Shown here: piece by piece, positions 11,011 to 23,401 of the stretch
Layout: each line of letters starts with the position of its first letter
Position numbering within the stretch: position 1 is the first letter of the stretch
Assembly (NCBI GenBank): GCA_965237955.1
Contig: OZ250169.1
Span: 4,192,001 to 4,256,000 of the forward strand
Direction of reading: 5' to 3'
Length of the DNA: 64,000 bases
DNA from: Candidatus Marinacidobacterales bacterium
GTDB taxonomy: Bacteria > Acidobacteriota > Vicinamibacteria > Marinacidobacterales > SMYC01
The notes under the pieces: generated by a model
What the model saw: the letters and a program-made list of their open reading frames with translations, nothing else
Databases searched by the model: none
Told to the model about the DNA's origin: nothing
Made by a program: the position numbers and the translations under genes

Positions 11011-11541
11011 TGCGTAGTGCCGAGAACGCATTTCCGACGCAGCCAACGTGAGCACCCGTGAAATTTGTGACGGAGAGTGCTCGTTTCCTTGGTTCAATAG
11101 CACTCGCCACACTGCATTTTTCAGCTCGTACTTAGACGAAGTACTCGCAAGGCGGGTAATCGCGTCGAATCCGGGCTCCCCATACTCAATTCAGCTGAAC
11201 GAGCGCGACCTCGTTTTTCACGTCGTCCTCAAAAGTCAACGTCGAGAGGAGAAAATTTACCGACTGTCCCTGACTGGCTCTAGTTTGCTGCTCAATGTAT
11301 TCGTTCTGCTGCGAGACAAGTTGATTCTGCCACCACAGCAGGTACCCAGCCTCTCTACGTTCATAAGACGCCTGTTGCATCGTCGGGTCGACCGATACGG
11401 ACCAGCCGATCGTGGCAGGTCTAAACCGCGCAATCAACGCTGGATCGACTTTTTGCGGAGCACAGGCCCTCGAGGCGGGCCGATGGTTGAACGCGCACAC
11501 GACCCACCAACAAGAGATCGGGTTCTGGTGCCGTCGCGGCT

Positions 11542-14265
11542 CTAGGCGGACTTCGCGGGGCTCTTTTTGCCGCGGGCCGTCTGTCCGCGCAGCTGCTGGA
11601 TGTTCTTCTCGATGCGTTCCGCAAGCTCGCGCTCGTGCTGCAGAGTCTGCAACGTCCCCTGCGCTTCTCGCATCACGAACTCGAGACGAGCGATCCGTTC
11701 GCCCACGTCGTCGATGACCGCCTTCTGTTCGCCGACCATCTCGAGATTCACCCGCACGTCCTCAAGGAGGTGGGCGATCTGGTTCGTCTTGGCCTGCACA
11801 TCGGTGACGACGGCGTGCCGTCCCTCGATCGACGCGATCTTCTGCTCGGTGTCGCGGGCCATCGACAGGAGGCTCTGCACCCCCGCGCGCACAGCCGCCA
11901 CCTCGTCGCGATGCGCGGCGACGTACTCCAGGTCGGCCTTGCTTCGGGCGCTCACCTCGTGCACCCCCTCCACCTGGGTCCGCACCGCGGCGACGATCGC
12001 GTCGCGGTCGGCCAGGGCTTTGATTTTCTCCTCGACGGCCTGCTGCTGGCCGGCGAGACTGCCCAGCAGCGCCTCGACCGCCCCGACGCGCTTCTCGGCA
12101 AACGCCAGCTGCGACCGGCGCTGCTCCAACGACGTGTACATCGTCTCAACGCGTTTGAGCTGATCCTCCGCGGCTTTGGTCTGCGACACCGCGTCGCGCT
12201 GGCTGGCCTGCACGCGCGCCAGCTCGCCCACCAGCTCGTCTCTCGCCGTCCCCGCCCGTGCCAGCTGCTCGTTGAGCGACTGGATCTGCGTGAGGCGCTC
12301 CTCGGTCTCGGCGGTCAGGCTCCGGCTCGACTCGACCAGCGCGCCGAGCCGCGCCTCCTGCGAGTCGAGCGCGGCAGCGTCCTGCTGGACGGCCGTCACC
12401 TGCGCCTGCGTCTTCCCCAGGTGATCCTGCAGGATGGCGACGCGGTTCTCCATCGGCAGCACCTTCGCCTGCAGCGCCGCCACGGCCTCGACTTTCTGGT
12501 GCGCCTCCAACATCTGAGCCACGACGGCGTCGCACTGGGCCTGCAGGGTGTCGAGCTCGGTGCGGCGCGCGAGCTGCTCCGCGAGCTTGCCGTCAATGTC
12601 GACGGTGAGCGTGTGCAGCGCATCGACCCGCCCGTCGAGCTTGTCGAGGAACTGCACGCGCGCGCCCACGCGGGTGGCTTGGGCGTCGAGCTCGCCCACC
12701 ACCTCGCCGAGCTTGACCGCCTGCCGGGTGCCCTCCTCGGCCTGCGCCAACTTGCCCAGCACGGTGTCGAGGCGCGCCTCGATCTCGGGCGTCCGCGCCT
12801 TGAACTCACTGATCCGGCCGATGAAGCCTTCGAGCGCCGACCGGTCCGCCCCCATCTGGTCACGCAGCCGTACGGCCTCGGCGTGCGACTTGTGGAAGTC
12901 CTGGATGTCGACCCGCAGGCGGTCGAGATCGTTCCGCGTCTGCTTCAAGCCCTCGAACTGCGTTGTCGTCTGCTTCGACAGCGCATCGACCTCCGTCAGC
13001 CGCTCGCCGAGCGACTCCAGATCGGCCTGCTTGGTGGAGAGATCCCCCGCCCGGGCCAGCAAGCCCTCGAACGCCTTGCTCAGACCATCGACGCGCTGGC
13101 CGAGCGGCGCCAGGTGCCGCTCGCGGGCGCTCAGCGCCTTGATCCGGCTCTCGGCCTCGCCCACCGACGACTGCAGCACACCCACCCGCTGCTGATAGAC
13201 CTCGAGGCTCTTGTTCTCCTGCCCGACCCGATCGAGCGCGGCGCGCATCTGATCCACCAGCGCCCGCCAGTCCTTCTTGAATCGCGCGGCCTCGCGGGCC
13301 ATCTCGTCCCGCACCTTGGCGGCGCCCTCCGCCCGGGCGGTCACGTCCTCGACGAGCTTTTCGACGCGCGTCACCACCTTCTCGCCGCGGGCGGCTTTCT
13401 TGAGCCCTTCGTTCAGCTTGCCGATCTGCACGTCCATCGCCCAGACCATCTCGTTGAGCCGGTTCGCCTCCACCGTGGCCCGGTCGATCGTGTGTTTCTG
13501 GCTCTCCAGCGCTTTGGCCTTCTGCGTGACATGCTCGGCCAGCGCGTTGAGCGCGGTGAGCTTGTCCTCGGTCGTCTCACTCCGATTCTGGAGTTGCATC
13601 AGCGGGCCGAGCCGGCGCTCGATGTCCTTCACCGCGGCCGTCGCCACGGAGGCATCCTCGCGCGCCGCGCGGGTCGTGTCACGCAGCTTCGCGTAGTCCT
13701 GGCCGAGCTGTCCCGCGGTGCCACGCACCTGCTCGATCTCGCCACGAAGCCCCCCGGCCGCCTCGATCGCCTGGCACGTCTCGGCCTTCGACTGGGCGAT
13801 CTGTTTGCGCAGATCTTCGAGCACGGCCCGTTCGTGCGCCAGCGCCTCGACGCTCGCCCGCGTCTCCAGCGTCTGCGAGGAAAGGTGCTGCACCTGCTGG
13901 CGGTGCTTCTGGAGGTCGCCGTCGGGCGCCATCAGCTTCTCGGCAACCTCCTGCGCCGCCCCGGCCGTCTGCAGCATCGCCTCGACGCGTTGTTCCACCT
14001 CGTCGAACGCCTTGGTCCGGGCCTCGAGGCCGTCGATACGCGACAGCACCTCACCGAGCCGCTCGCCGATCGAATTCGCCTTCTGGTCGACCGCCTTAAG
14101 CGACTTGCCGACCTTGCCCAGCTTCGAGCTGCGCGTCGAGACCTGGGTGAGCATGGCACTGAGCGCTCCCCGCTCCTCCCGCGCCGTCTCGATCAGCTTG
14201 TGGAGATCCTCCACCTGGCGCTGCGCCTTTCCGCCCCCGCCGATCCATTTGAATGCGTCCATCAT
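11542..14265 (-). CDS. 907-aa long coiled-coil protein of unknown function
   Basis: Rich in A/E/L/Q/R with heptad-like patterning and very few prolines. Strong GC3 codon bias. No Walker motif or TM segment. Confidence 0.85.
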   Translation of the reverse strand: MMDAFKWIGGGGKAQRQVEDLHKLIETAREERGALSAMLTQVSTRSSKLGKVGKSLKAVDQKANSIGERLGEVLSRIDGLEARTKAFDEVEQRVEAMLQTAGAAQEVAEKLMAPDGDLQKHRQQVQHLSSQTLETRASVEALAHERAVLEDLRKQIAQSKAETCQAIEAAGGLRGEIEQVRGTAGQLGQDYAKLRDTTRAAREDASVATAAVKDIERRLGPLMQLQNRSETTEDKLTALNALAEHVTQKAKALESQKHTIDRATVEANRLNEMVWAMDVQIGKLNEGLKKAARGEKVVTRVEKLVEDVTARAEGAAKVRDEMAREAARFKKDWRALVDQMRAALDRVGQENKSLEVYQQRVGVLQSSVGEAESRIKALSARERHLAPLGQRVDGLSKAFEGLLARAGDLSTKQADLESLGERLTEVDALSKQTTTQFEGLKQTRNDLDRLRVDIQDFHKSHAEAVRLRDQMGADRSALEGFIGRISEFKARTPEIEARLDTVLGKLAQAEEGTRQAVKLGEVVGELDAQATRVGARVQFLDKLDGRVDALHTLTVDIDGKLAEQLARRTELDTLQAQCDAVVAQMLEAHQKVEAVAALQAKVLPMENRVAILQDHLGKTQAQVTAVQQDAAALDSQEARLGALVESSRSLTAETEERLTQIQSLNEQLARAGTARDELVGELARVQASQRDAVSQTKAAEDQLKRVETMYTSLEQRRSQLAFAEKRVGAVEALLGSLAGQQQAVEEKIKALADRDAIVAAVRTQVEGVHEVSARSKADLEYVAAHRDEVAAVRAGVQSLLSMARDTEQKIASIEGRHAVVTDVQAKTNQIAHLLEDVRVNLEMVGEQKAVIDDVGERIARLEFVMREAQGTLQTLQHERELAERIEKNIQQLRGQTARGKKSPAKSA

Positions 14266-14321
14266 GTGGTCCTTGCCTTAGTGTCCGAGCCCTGTGAGTT
14301 GCGAAGAATAGCGTACCTGTC

Positions 14322-14426
14322 GCCTCCCCTATCGGGCGCAGGGCCGGGTCGCAACACCGACCCAGCCACACGCGGCCTCCCTGATCGGGGCAGTTTATTA
14401 CTAATATATTCTATCTCTCCTGTCAA
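14322..14426 (-). promoter_or_regulatory. Promoter-like sequence and structured leader of the coiled-coil gene
   Basis: TTGACA (14426-14421) followed by an AT-rich tract. Hairpin 14342-14367 is flanked by two imperfect direct repeats. Confidence 0.5.
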
Positions 14427-14432
14427 TCCGGT

Positions 14433-14732
14433 GCCTTGGTGCACAACTCCGATAGAGGCCGAGAGCTCGCTTGGCCCCGACTCCCATCATCCGATCATCT
14501 CGCTATCAGGCATCCCGAGCGCCGTCATGGTGTTGAGAATCTTGCACCCGATCCTTGCCTCGACTCTCTGTGCCGCCAACCCTCTCGCTCGCATCGCTGA
14601 GCCCACGATAGCCTTGTAGCGATGGAACGTTGTCTCGACTTTGCTCCGTTTGCTGTAGCCCGATTCTGTGTGCCACTTTCGTTTGCCGAGCCGAGCTTGT
14701 GCTGCAATGTTGCGATTGCGCTGTCGGCTGCT
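14433..14732 (-). mobile_element. Second copy of the IS5 end, truncated by IS3
   Basis: Near-identical to 2943-3242. Confidence 0.92.
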
Positions 14733-16047
<1,315 letters not shown>

Positions 16048-16690
16048 AGCCCGAAGCCGTTTCCCACATGCCTATCGGAGGCGACAGAGCAGTCATCGAT
16101 GGCCCGAGACCCTGCCGGGCGGCACGGCCGCTATGTTCGCGCAAAGGGACAACGAGATCACGTCGTTCGACGACGCATCCATCTCAATCCTGTCACTCGA
16201 AAACGGAGAGCAGGCGACTTGTTGGCGGCCCCCTTCGACCTGGACGAGCTCGAATTGACAGGACCCGCCGTGACCGTCGTCGAAGGGGTTGTCACCCAAC
16301 CCTTGGATGGCTCGGTTCAATTTGCCGTATCAGAATCCGGAACGCTCGCCTACGCCTCCGGTCCGCCGATGATGCCCCGCCGCAAGTTGGTCTGGGTCGA
16401 TCGGAGCGGTGAGACGAGCCCGCTACCTAGCGCATCGGGACCGATTTCCGAGCTCCGCGTTTCTCCTTCGGGCGATATCGCGCCCCTGAGCATCGATGCA
16501 GCCAATGCCAACGTCTGGCTCTACGAGATGGCGCGCGCCACGATGAGCCGACTGACCTTCGAGTGGAACAACGCCAGTTCCATGTGGACTCCGGATGGTG
16601 CGCGCGTCGTTTTCAGCTCGGGTCGGTCAGGAGGATGGAATTTGTTTTGGCAGGCAGCGGATGGAACCGGCGAAGCGGAGCGACTGATCC
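16048..16690 (+). pseudogene. Fragment of the TolB-like C-terminal domain of a Ser/Thr kinase
   Basis: PFDLDELELTG, LVWVDRSG, WTPDGARVVFSS and WQAADGTGEAERL motifs. Confidence 0.75.
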
Positions 16691-16739
16691 CCAAAGCCGT
16701 AAGCCATCCACCGGCCGTCGGGGGAGAACTCGGGCCCGA

Positions 16740-18330
16740 GACAGGCGGGGGCTCAAATACTCGGCGGGGGGCAGGTCGAGGAGCTCGGTCTCCCCTTCGC
16801 GGCCGGCCCGGGCGAGAACGCGGCGCTCGGCGACGGTTCCAAAGGCAGCGACGTAAACGAGGGTGCCCGTGTTGGAAATGGCATAGTGGTGCATCCGTGA
16901 TGGCCCCAGGACTCCTTCCACGAGGGGGACGGGGCCCCCGACCAGTTCGAGTGCGTCCAGGTCGAAAGGCACGGCAAACAGTGCGCCATCGCGTCCATAG
17001 ACCAGGTGCCCGGTCGAGACGTATCGCGCTCGGTCGCCCTCGAGCAGGACTTTCCGTTCCCCGGAGCCGAGCGGTTGTACCACAATCTGCAGGTCCCCCC
17101 CGTCCCCCCTGGTCCCGAACAGCACCGTCTCTCCATCCGGGAGCATGGACGGCCCACCGATATCGATATCGTCCCCGGCAATCAAGCGTTCCGGCGTCCC
17201 GCCGTTCGCCGATACGCGCATCACACCTTCCTCCAGCCCGAACACGATGGTGTCGTCTTCACCCCAGACGGCGTCGCGAGGAACGCCCACGTCCGCAAGT
17301 GGGACCGGTACTCCACCGCCGACGGCGATCTTTTTCAGCTGATCGGAGGCCCAGTATCCAATCCACTCGCCGTCCGGAGAAAAGAAGGGGTTTCGCGGGC
17401 GCTCATCCGTTCCAGGAATGGGCAGCGCCGTCGTCTCGTCCAGGTTTGCGTAGATAGAGCTGGTTGTTCGCGGTGTAGGCCACTCGGCTTCCGTCGGGAG
17501 CGATTGCCAGGGCCACCCTGCGCCTAGCCGAAAATCGTTGGTCCTCTGGCAAGTCATGGACGAAGCGGGCTACCGGGCGCGGCTCGGTTGGTTTCAGACT
17601 CCATACGGCGAGAGCAACCGCGACGGCCGTCAAAACGATCGTCGCCGCGACCCATGGAAGGACGGGTCGGGACGTCACTGGAGTGCTATCGGTTGGCCGT
17701 GCCGCCGCGGTCTCGAACGCTCCTTGCATCGCCAGTCGCACGTCAGCGATGTCATGCACGCGCTCTTTCGGATCTTTTTCCAGACAGCGCGTGAGGAACG
17801 CTCGCAGCGTCGGCGAGATATCGACCGGCAAGGCATCCCAATCCGCTTCCTTAGCCAAACGTAGGCGAGTGTGTCCGATACATCCTCGGCCGCAAATGCA
17901 CGCTTGCCGGTGAGCATCTCGTACACGACTGCGCCGAATGCCCACACGTCCGCTCGCTTGTCGACTTTCTTGCCCTTCGCTTGCTCCGGACTCATGTAGG
18001 CTGCCGTTCCAAGAATCACCCCCGCCCGCGTCGCGTCCCGCGTGAGGGTCGGCGACATCGAGCTGTCGGCGTCAGGAGCGTCTTCGATGAAGGCTTTGGC
18101 TAGGCCAAAATCCAATACCTTCACGTTGCCGTCCGGCGTGATCTTGCTGTTCGCCGGTTTCAGGTCTCGGTGAACGATCCCTTGCTCGTGAGCGTTCTCG
18201 AGTGCCTCCGCGATCTTCATCGCGAGCTCGATAGCTTCGTCAACAGCTACCGCCTTTCCCAATGGGCTCGAGGATCTCGTAGTGGGCGAGTTTATGACCA
18301 GGTTGGAACGACAGAGCGTCGACGATGTTA
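16740..18330 (-). pseudogene. Degraded Hanks-type Ser/Thr kinase with TolB-like repeats
   Basis: HYEILEPIGKGG, HRDLKPAN, VLDFGLAK and GTAAYMSPEQ, with several frameshifts and deletions. Confidence 0.88.
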
Positions 18331-18354
18331 CGCTGATGGTTGCCCGTCGGCAAC

Positions 18355-18690
18355 CCGTCGTATCGGAGATCGTCTCGCCGAGAAACACTGCGCGTCCGCT
18401 CAAGGCTTCGTAGAGACAGCAACCGAACGACCAAATGTCGGTGCGCTTGTCGAGAGGCTTCCCCCGGGCTTGCTCCGGGCTCATGTAAGCAGCCGTCCCA
18501 GGATGACACCGGTCGCCGTCGGTTCCAGGGTGATGGGTCGGCGACTCCGAGCGCGCCGAGCCAGCGACTTCGCCGCCGAAGACTTTCGCCAAACCGAAAT
18601 CCAGCACCTTGACGTCCCCGCCCGGTGAGATCTTGACGTTTGGGGGTTTGAGGTCACGATGGACGACGCCTTTCTCGTGAGCGGCTTAGT
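18355..18690 (-). pseudogene. Second Ser/Thr kinase fragment
   Basis: HRDLKPPNV, LDFGLAK, YMSPEQARG and DIWSFG motifs. Confidence 0.8.
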
Positions 18691-18779
18691 GCGGGGGGGG
18701 AACTCGTATAGACTCGGCCCCGGCCCGAACCGCGAGAAGAAGTAATCAGGCTGCTCGCCGCATCGCCGGAGATTAACAT

Positions 18780-19595
18780 ATGAAACTGTACCGCACCCAG
18801 CGAGCCACGCTCCTCGAGCGTGACGGAGAGCTGCTCGAATCCACGTCGTTCTCGATCGACGAGGTCTTCCGCGGCGCCGCGTCTACCGACGGGGGCGACT
18901 GGGTCGAACATTTCCGGGAGTCGAAGAGCGGAGTCGAATCCGTTTTGGCGCCTCTCCAGAGCCAGGAAGTGTGGGCTGCCGGCGTCACCTATTATCGAAG
19001 TCGGGAAGCGCGGATGGAGGAATCCGAGAAAGAAGCGGACGTGTACGACCGTGTCTACGGTGCCGAGCGGCCCGAGCTCTTCTTCAAGGCGACGCCGCAC
19101 CGTGTCGTCGGGCACGGCGGACAAGTCGTGATCCGGGCGGACTCGGACTGGAACGTTCCCGAAGCGGAGCTCGCGCTGGCGATCGACCACGCCGGACGTA
19201 TCTTCGGCTATTCGATCGGCAACGACATGAGCTCGCGCAGCATCGAAGGGGAGAACCCGCTGTATTTGCCGCAGGCGAAGATCTACGACGGGAGCTGCGC
19301 GCTAGGACCTTGTTTGTACCTGTCCGAAGAACCGCTCCCGACGTCGACGAAAATCGCGCTCCGGGTGACGAGGGGCCGAAACGTCGTGGTCGAGGGAGAG
19401 ACGTCGCTCGCGGAGTTGAAGCGCAAGCCCGAAGAGCTCGTAAGCTACTTATTCCGCGAGGCCACGTTCCCGGCAGGCTGTTACCTTCTGACGGGCACCG
19501 GCATCGTCCCCGACGCCGAGTTCACACTGGAAAGCGGCGACGTGGTCACGATCACGATCGAACCCATAGGGACATTGGAAAACACCGTCCGGTAG
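18780..19595 (+). CDS. Fumarylacetoacetate hydrolase family protein (2-keto-3-deoxy-pentonate dehydratase-like)
   Basis: [37 protein letters not shown] and TGTGIVP motifs. Confidence 0.88.
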   Translation: MKLYRTQRATLLERDGELLESTSFSIDEVFRGAASTDGGDWVEHFRESKSGVESVLAPLQSQEVWAAGVTYYRSREARMEESEKEADVYDRVYGAERPELFFKATPHRVVGHGGQVVIRADSDWNVPEAELALAIDHAGRIFGYSIGNDMSSRSIEGENPLYLPQAKIYDGSCALGPCLYLSEEPLPTSTKIALRVTRGRNVVVEGETSLAELKRKPEELVSYLFREATFPAGCYLLTGTGIVPDAEFTLESGDVVTITIEPIGTLENTVR

Positions 19596-19659
19596 CTGCG
19601 CGGCGCTAGCCTAGTTGCAAATCGCCACGCTCTGATATGATCCGCTACCGGGAGGGTCC

Positions 19660-20121
19660 ATGACCGCCGAAGTCGTGAGAATGCACACGATCCAGAGGGT
19701 TATGAACGAGTTTTTCGGCTGGCGAGCCTCGTCGCTCGACCCAGAGGAGCTCGTGACTTACCGGGAGACCATCGCCTTTTTCGAGGGCAGCATCAATGCT
19801 CATGCCGTCCCCGCACTCGGTGACACCGAGCGTCGAATCTACCGCGCATACTACGAGCGGGGAAAAGGCTATCGACGTCTCTTCAGCGAAGTGTTCGGTC
19901 CCGAGAAGATTCCTGCAGAGATCCGCCATTTCCTCCGCCGCTTTCTCGGGAAGACCATCTCGGCGGACATCGACGTCTTGGAGCGTGCTCCCACCGTCGT
20001 CGCCGATCTGTGCTCCTGGCTCGTGTGGAAAGGCTATATTCCAGAGTCGGAGATGGAAGCCGCGATCGACGAGCTCGGCGCGCAGGCCTTCAGCGAACAG
20101 CAAGATTCCGTAAACGTCTAG
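19660..20121 (+). CDS. Hypothetical protein
   Basis: RBS GGAGG and typical codon usage. Confidence 0.7.
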   Translation: MTAEVVRMHTIQRVMNEFFGWRASSLDPEELVTYRETIAFFEGSINAHAVPALGDTERRIYRAYYERGKGYRRLFSEVFGPEKIPAEIRHFLRRFLGKTISADIDVLERAPTVVADLCSWLVWKGYIPESEMEAAIDELGAQAFSEQQDSVNV

Positions 20122-20126
20122 GCTGG

Positions 20127-20381
20127 CTAGGCGGCCAGAGTTCTCGTATCCAGATGTTGCGGTAGCTTATAGAGCTCCCAATCCCCGTTCCACGCGGAGA
20201 GGTCGGTGCCGTCGAAGAGTACGATCGCATCCGATGGCGGACGTCCTGCCGATGCATCGACGATCGCGGGAACGGGCTCCCATACTTCCGTCAACGTGGG
20301 ATCTCCCTGGGACTGGCACATGACGGCCGTAATCGTCCCGATCGTGACGAGCGGTAACATCATTTTGAATTTCACGAACAA
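20127..20381 (-). pseudogene. N-terminal fragment of a DUF1080 (3-keto-glycoside hydrolase-like) protein
   Basis: Signal peptide then TEVWEPVP...PPSDAIVLFDGTDLSAW; homology ends abruptly after that. Confidence 0.7.
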
Positions 20382-20386
20382 ACCTC

Positions 20387-21590
20387 TCAGTCTTCAACGA
20401 ACTCGGGGCGGGGTCCCATGCCGATGGTTTTTGCCAACATCGATCGAAGAAACGGAATCTTGCTCACGAGCTTAGCCGGCCACGGCAAGATGAACTCCTT
20501 GTCCTCGAGCGCGCGTCGAATGAGCTGCTTTTGCACGATGGCTTGAACACGTTGGATGAATCGCGTCGGGGGATCGCGACGGCGCTGCACTGCCTCCAGG
20601 TGTTCGATCGAAAGGGTTCCCTCGGAAAGCGGCCGCCACAGCAGGTTCGCGGCGGCAACGGCATCTTGGATTGCGTAGTTGATGCCGACGCCCCCCGCAG
20701 GCGACATCACGTGGGCCGCGTCCCCGAGCACGAGAAGCCCTGGCTTGTACCATTTGGGAAGGCGAGACGATTCCACGGATAGAAAGTGCACATCGGTCCA
20801 TTCCTTCAACGTGTCGACGCGATCAGCGAGCTCGGGAACGAGCGTGGCGACGGATTGCCGCAACGCATCGAGACCGGCGTCCCGCACTTCCCGAACCGTG
20901 CCCTTGGTAATGATGTAGCCGAGCTGCCACTCGTGTTTTCTTCCGAAGACAACGATGACGTGCCCGGAGCCGACGCGGAAGCCGGTCATCTCGCGCGCCG
21001 ACTCGCCTGCGCGCCTAGGCAGGCGAAACCACATCACATCCATCGGTGGCGCGTTTTTGACGGCCTCGAACCCAGCGAGCCGGCTGATCCGAGACCCGCG
21101 ACCGTCAGTGCCTACTGTAAGCGTCGCTCGAATCTCGCTTCCGTCCATGAGCCGCACGCCGTGAACGCGGCCGTCTTCTTCAATGAGCTCATTCGCCCGC
21201 GTACCCATACGCACTTCGAAGCTCCGATATTGCTTTGCCTCCGAGACGAGGAGATCGAGAAGCTCGTCCTGGGGGAGAACAGCGATGTAGGGATAGCGCA
21301 GGCCTGTTTTCGAAAAATCCGCGAGGGCGATGGCGCCATCGCCGGTGACGAGGCTCATCTGCGACATCTTGACGTGATCGATCGCGAGTACCTTGTCCGC
21401 GAGCCCGATACCGTCGAGCATCTCGAGGGTGGACGGATGCACGGTGTCGCCGCGAAAATCACGGTCGAAATCGTCCTGGGCTTCGAGAAGGACGACGCGC
21501 ACACCCTTCCGCGCCAGGAGTAAGCCGAGAACGACACCTGCCGGACCTCCGCCGACGATGCAGCAAACGACGTCGACGTCGTTTATCGAG
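20387..21590 (-). CDS. FAD-dependent oxidoreductase (start approximate)
   Basis: IVGGGPAG, RDFRGDT, DG and GDAAHVMSPAGGVGIN motifs. Confidence 0.9.
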
Positions 21591-22143
21591 GCCACAGCCA
21601 GCCGAAGGCGCCGGCCGTCAGAAGCCCGTAGACGATCGCGTCGCCGACCTCCTTGAGTGTCGGCCCCCAAGGACGCCCGAACCAGATGGCGGCTTGGAAA
21701 AATGAGCCGCCGTACGCGAGCATCGCGACCGTACCCGCGATCTGGAAGACGCGCATGTACTCCGCACCCGGAGCGAGCGTGCGGCCGGTGACATACGCCA
21801 CGGCCGCCGAGACCACGACGTAGTAAACGAAGGACATCGCGATGGGTTTACCCATGGTGGGCGGGCCAGGCTCCCGCATCGTCAAGATACCGACGGGTCC
21901 CTCTGAGCACTTCTTCAGATAAGCCTCGGCCTGCATCGCTTTTTGATCGGAGGCGTAAGGAACCATGTATTGCCCGGGCTCGAGCTTTTCTTTGTTCATG
22001 GCTTCGCGCACCGCGTCTTCGTCTGGAAGCTGTTTCCAGTCGGACTTGTGATGCGGCGACACGACCCAAGCGAGAAAGCTTGCTATGAAAACGAAAATCG
22101 CTGAAACGAGAATAGGCATCCACAGAGCACCGATCGCAACCAT
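21583..22143 (-). CDS. Membrane protein of unknown function
   Basis: About four hydrophobic segments; RBS GGAGG. Confidence 0.75.
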   Translation of the reverse strand: MVAIGALWMPILVSAIFVFIASFLAWVVSPHHKSDWKQLPDEDAVREAMNKEKLEPGQYMVPYASDQKAMQAEAYLKKCSEGPVGILTMREPGPPTMGKPIAMSFVYYVVVSAAVAYVTGRTLAPGAEYMRVFQIAGTVAMLAYGGSFFQAAIWFGRPWGPTLKEVGDAIVYGLLTAGAFGWLWPR

Positions 22144-22214
22144 GATTCCCTCCAAATCCCAATGAAACCGGGAACGAGGGTAACATAGCGGCCGGCACGA
22201 GGTGGACCGATAGC

Positions 22215-23354
22215 ATGAAACGAAGGCTTCGCATGGGAATGGTAGGGGGAGGTCGCGGCGCGTTCATCGGCTCGGTGCATCGGATTGCCGCTGCGCTCGA
22301 TGGCACGATCGAGCTCACGTGTGGCGCGTTCAGCTCGGACCCGGAACGCTCGCGCGCGTCGGGTGCGGATCTTCTCCTGCCGGAGAACCGCGTCTACGGC
22401 GACTACCGCGAGATGATCGAGCGCGAAGCTCGGCTCCCGGCCGACGAGAAGATGGACTTCGTCGCCATCGTCACCCCGAACGACCAGCACCACGGGCCTG
22501 CAAAGCTCGCACTCGAGGCCGGCTTTCCGGTGATGTGCGACAAACCTCTTTGTTTGAACATGGAACAAGCCAAAGAGCTCGAGGCGACGGTGGATAAAAC
22601 CGGCCTCCTGTTCGGCCTCACGCACAACTACACGGGCTACCCGATGGTCAAAGAGGCGCGCCAGCGGGTCCGGGCCGGTGAGCTCGGGAAGATACGGCGC
22701 GTGGTCGCGGAGTACCCGCAAGGTTGGCTTGCCACGCGCCTCGAGTCCACCGGACAAAAGCAGGCCAACTGGCGTACCGACCCGAAACGCGCCGGTGCCA
22801 GTTGCTGCGTCGGGGACATCGGCACGCATGCCGCCAACCTCACGGAGTACGTCACCGGCCTTCCGATCGAAGAGGTCTCCGCCGAGCTTTCGACGTTCGT
22901 CGTCGGCCGGCCTCTCGACGACGATGCGAGCGTGATGTTGCGCCTAGTGGATGGCGCACGTGGTGTTTTGTGGGCGAGCCAGATTGCTATCGACGAAGAG
23001 AACGGGCTCAGCCTCCGGGTGTACGGGGAGAAGGGGAGTCTCGAGTGGCATCAGGAAGAGCCCAACACGCTGTTGTTGAAGTGGCCCGATAAGCCTCGCG
23101 AGCTCGTGCGCGCCGGTGCCAACTACGCTCGGCTGTCTCCCGATGCGCTCGGTGCGACCCGGCTTCCCGCCGGCCACCCGGAGGGTTACCTCGAAGGCTT
23201 CGCGAATCTCTACCGGAGCTTTGCCTCGGCGCTTCTCGAAGGCGGCGAGGCCGACTGCCCGACGATTAGAGACGGCGTGCGGGGGATGGCGTTCATCGAG
23301 GCCACGGTCGCGAGCTCGAACGACAACGCGAAGTGGACGAGAATCCGCGCCTGA
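22215..23354 (+). CDS. Gfo/Idh/MocA family oxidoreductase
   Basis: GMVGGGRGAFIG, CDKP and DIGTHA motifs. Confidence 0.92.
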   Translation: MKRRLRMGMVGGGRGAFIGSVHRIAAALDGTIELTCGAFSSDPERSRASGADLLLPENRVYGDYREMIEREARLPADEKMDFVAIVTPNDQHHGPAKLALEAGFPVMCDKPLCLNMEQAKELEATVDKTGLLFGLTHNYTGYPMVKEARQRVRAGELGKIRRVVAEYPQGWLATRLESTGQKQANWRTDPKRAGASCCVGDIGTHAANLTEYVTGLPIEEVSAELSTFVVGRPLDDDASVMLRLVDGARGVLWASQIAIDEENGLSLRVYGEKGSLEWHQEEPNTLLLKWPDKPRELVRAGANYARLSPDALGATRLPAGHPEGYLEGFANLYRSFASALLEGGEADCPTIRDGVRGMAFIEATVASSNDNAKWTRIRA

Positions 23355-23362
23355 CGAGAATG

Positions 23363-23396
23363 AACGGGATCCCCGCGCGAGGCGGGAATCCCTGTT
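23363..23396. terminator. Hairpin between convergent genes
   Basis: AACGGGATCCCCGC...GCGGGAATCCCTGTT. Confidence 0.55.
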
Positions 23397-23401
23397 CGCG
23401 T

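Noticed and set aside
11635-14619. 994-aa plus-strand ORF
   Set aside because: Antisense shadow of the high-GC3 coiled-coil gene; it runs into IS5 sequence.
17675-18607. Apparent tandem double-kinase protein
   Set aside because: Chance in-frame join of two deleted kinase remnants through upstream non-coding DNA.
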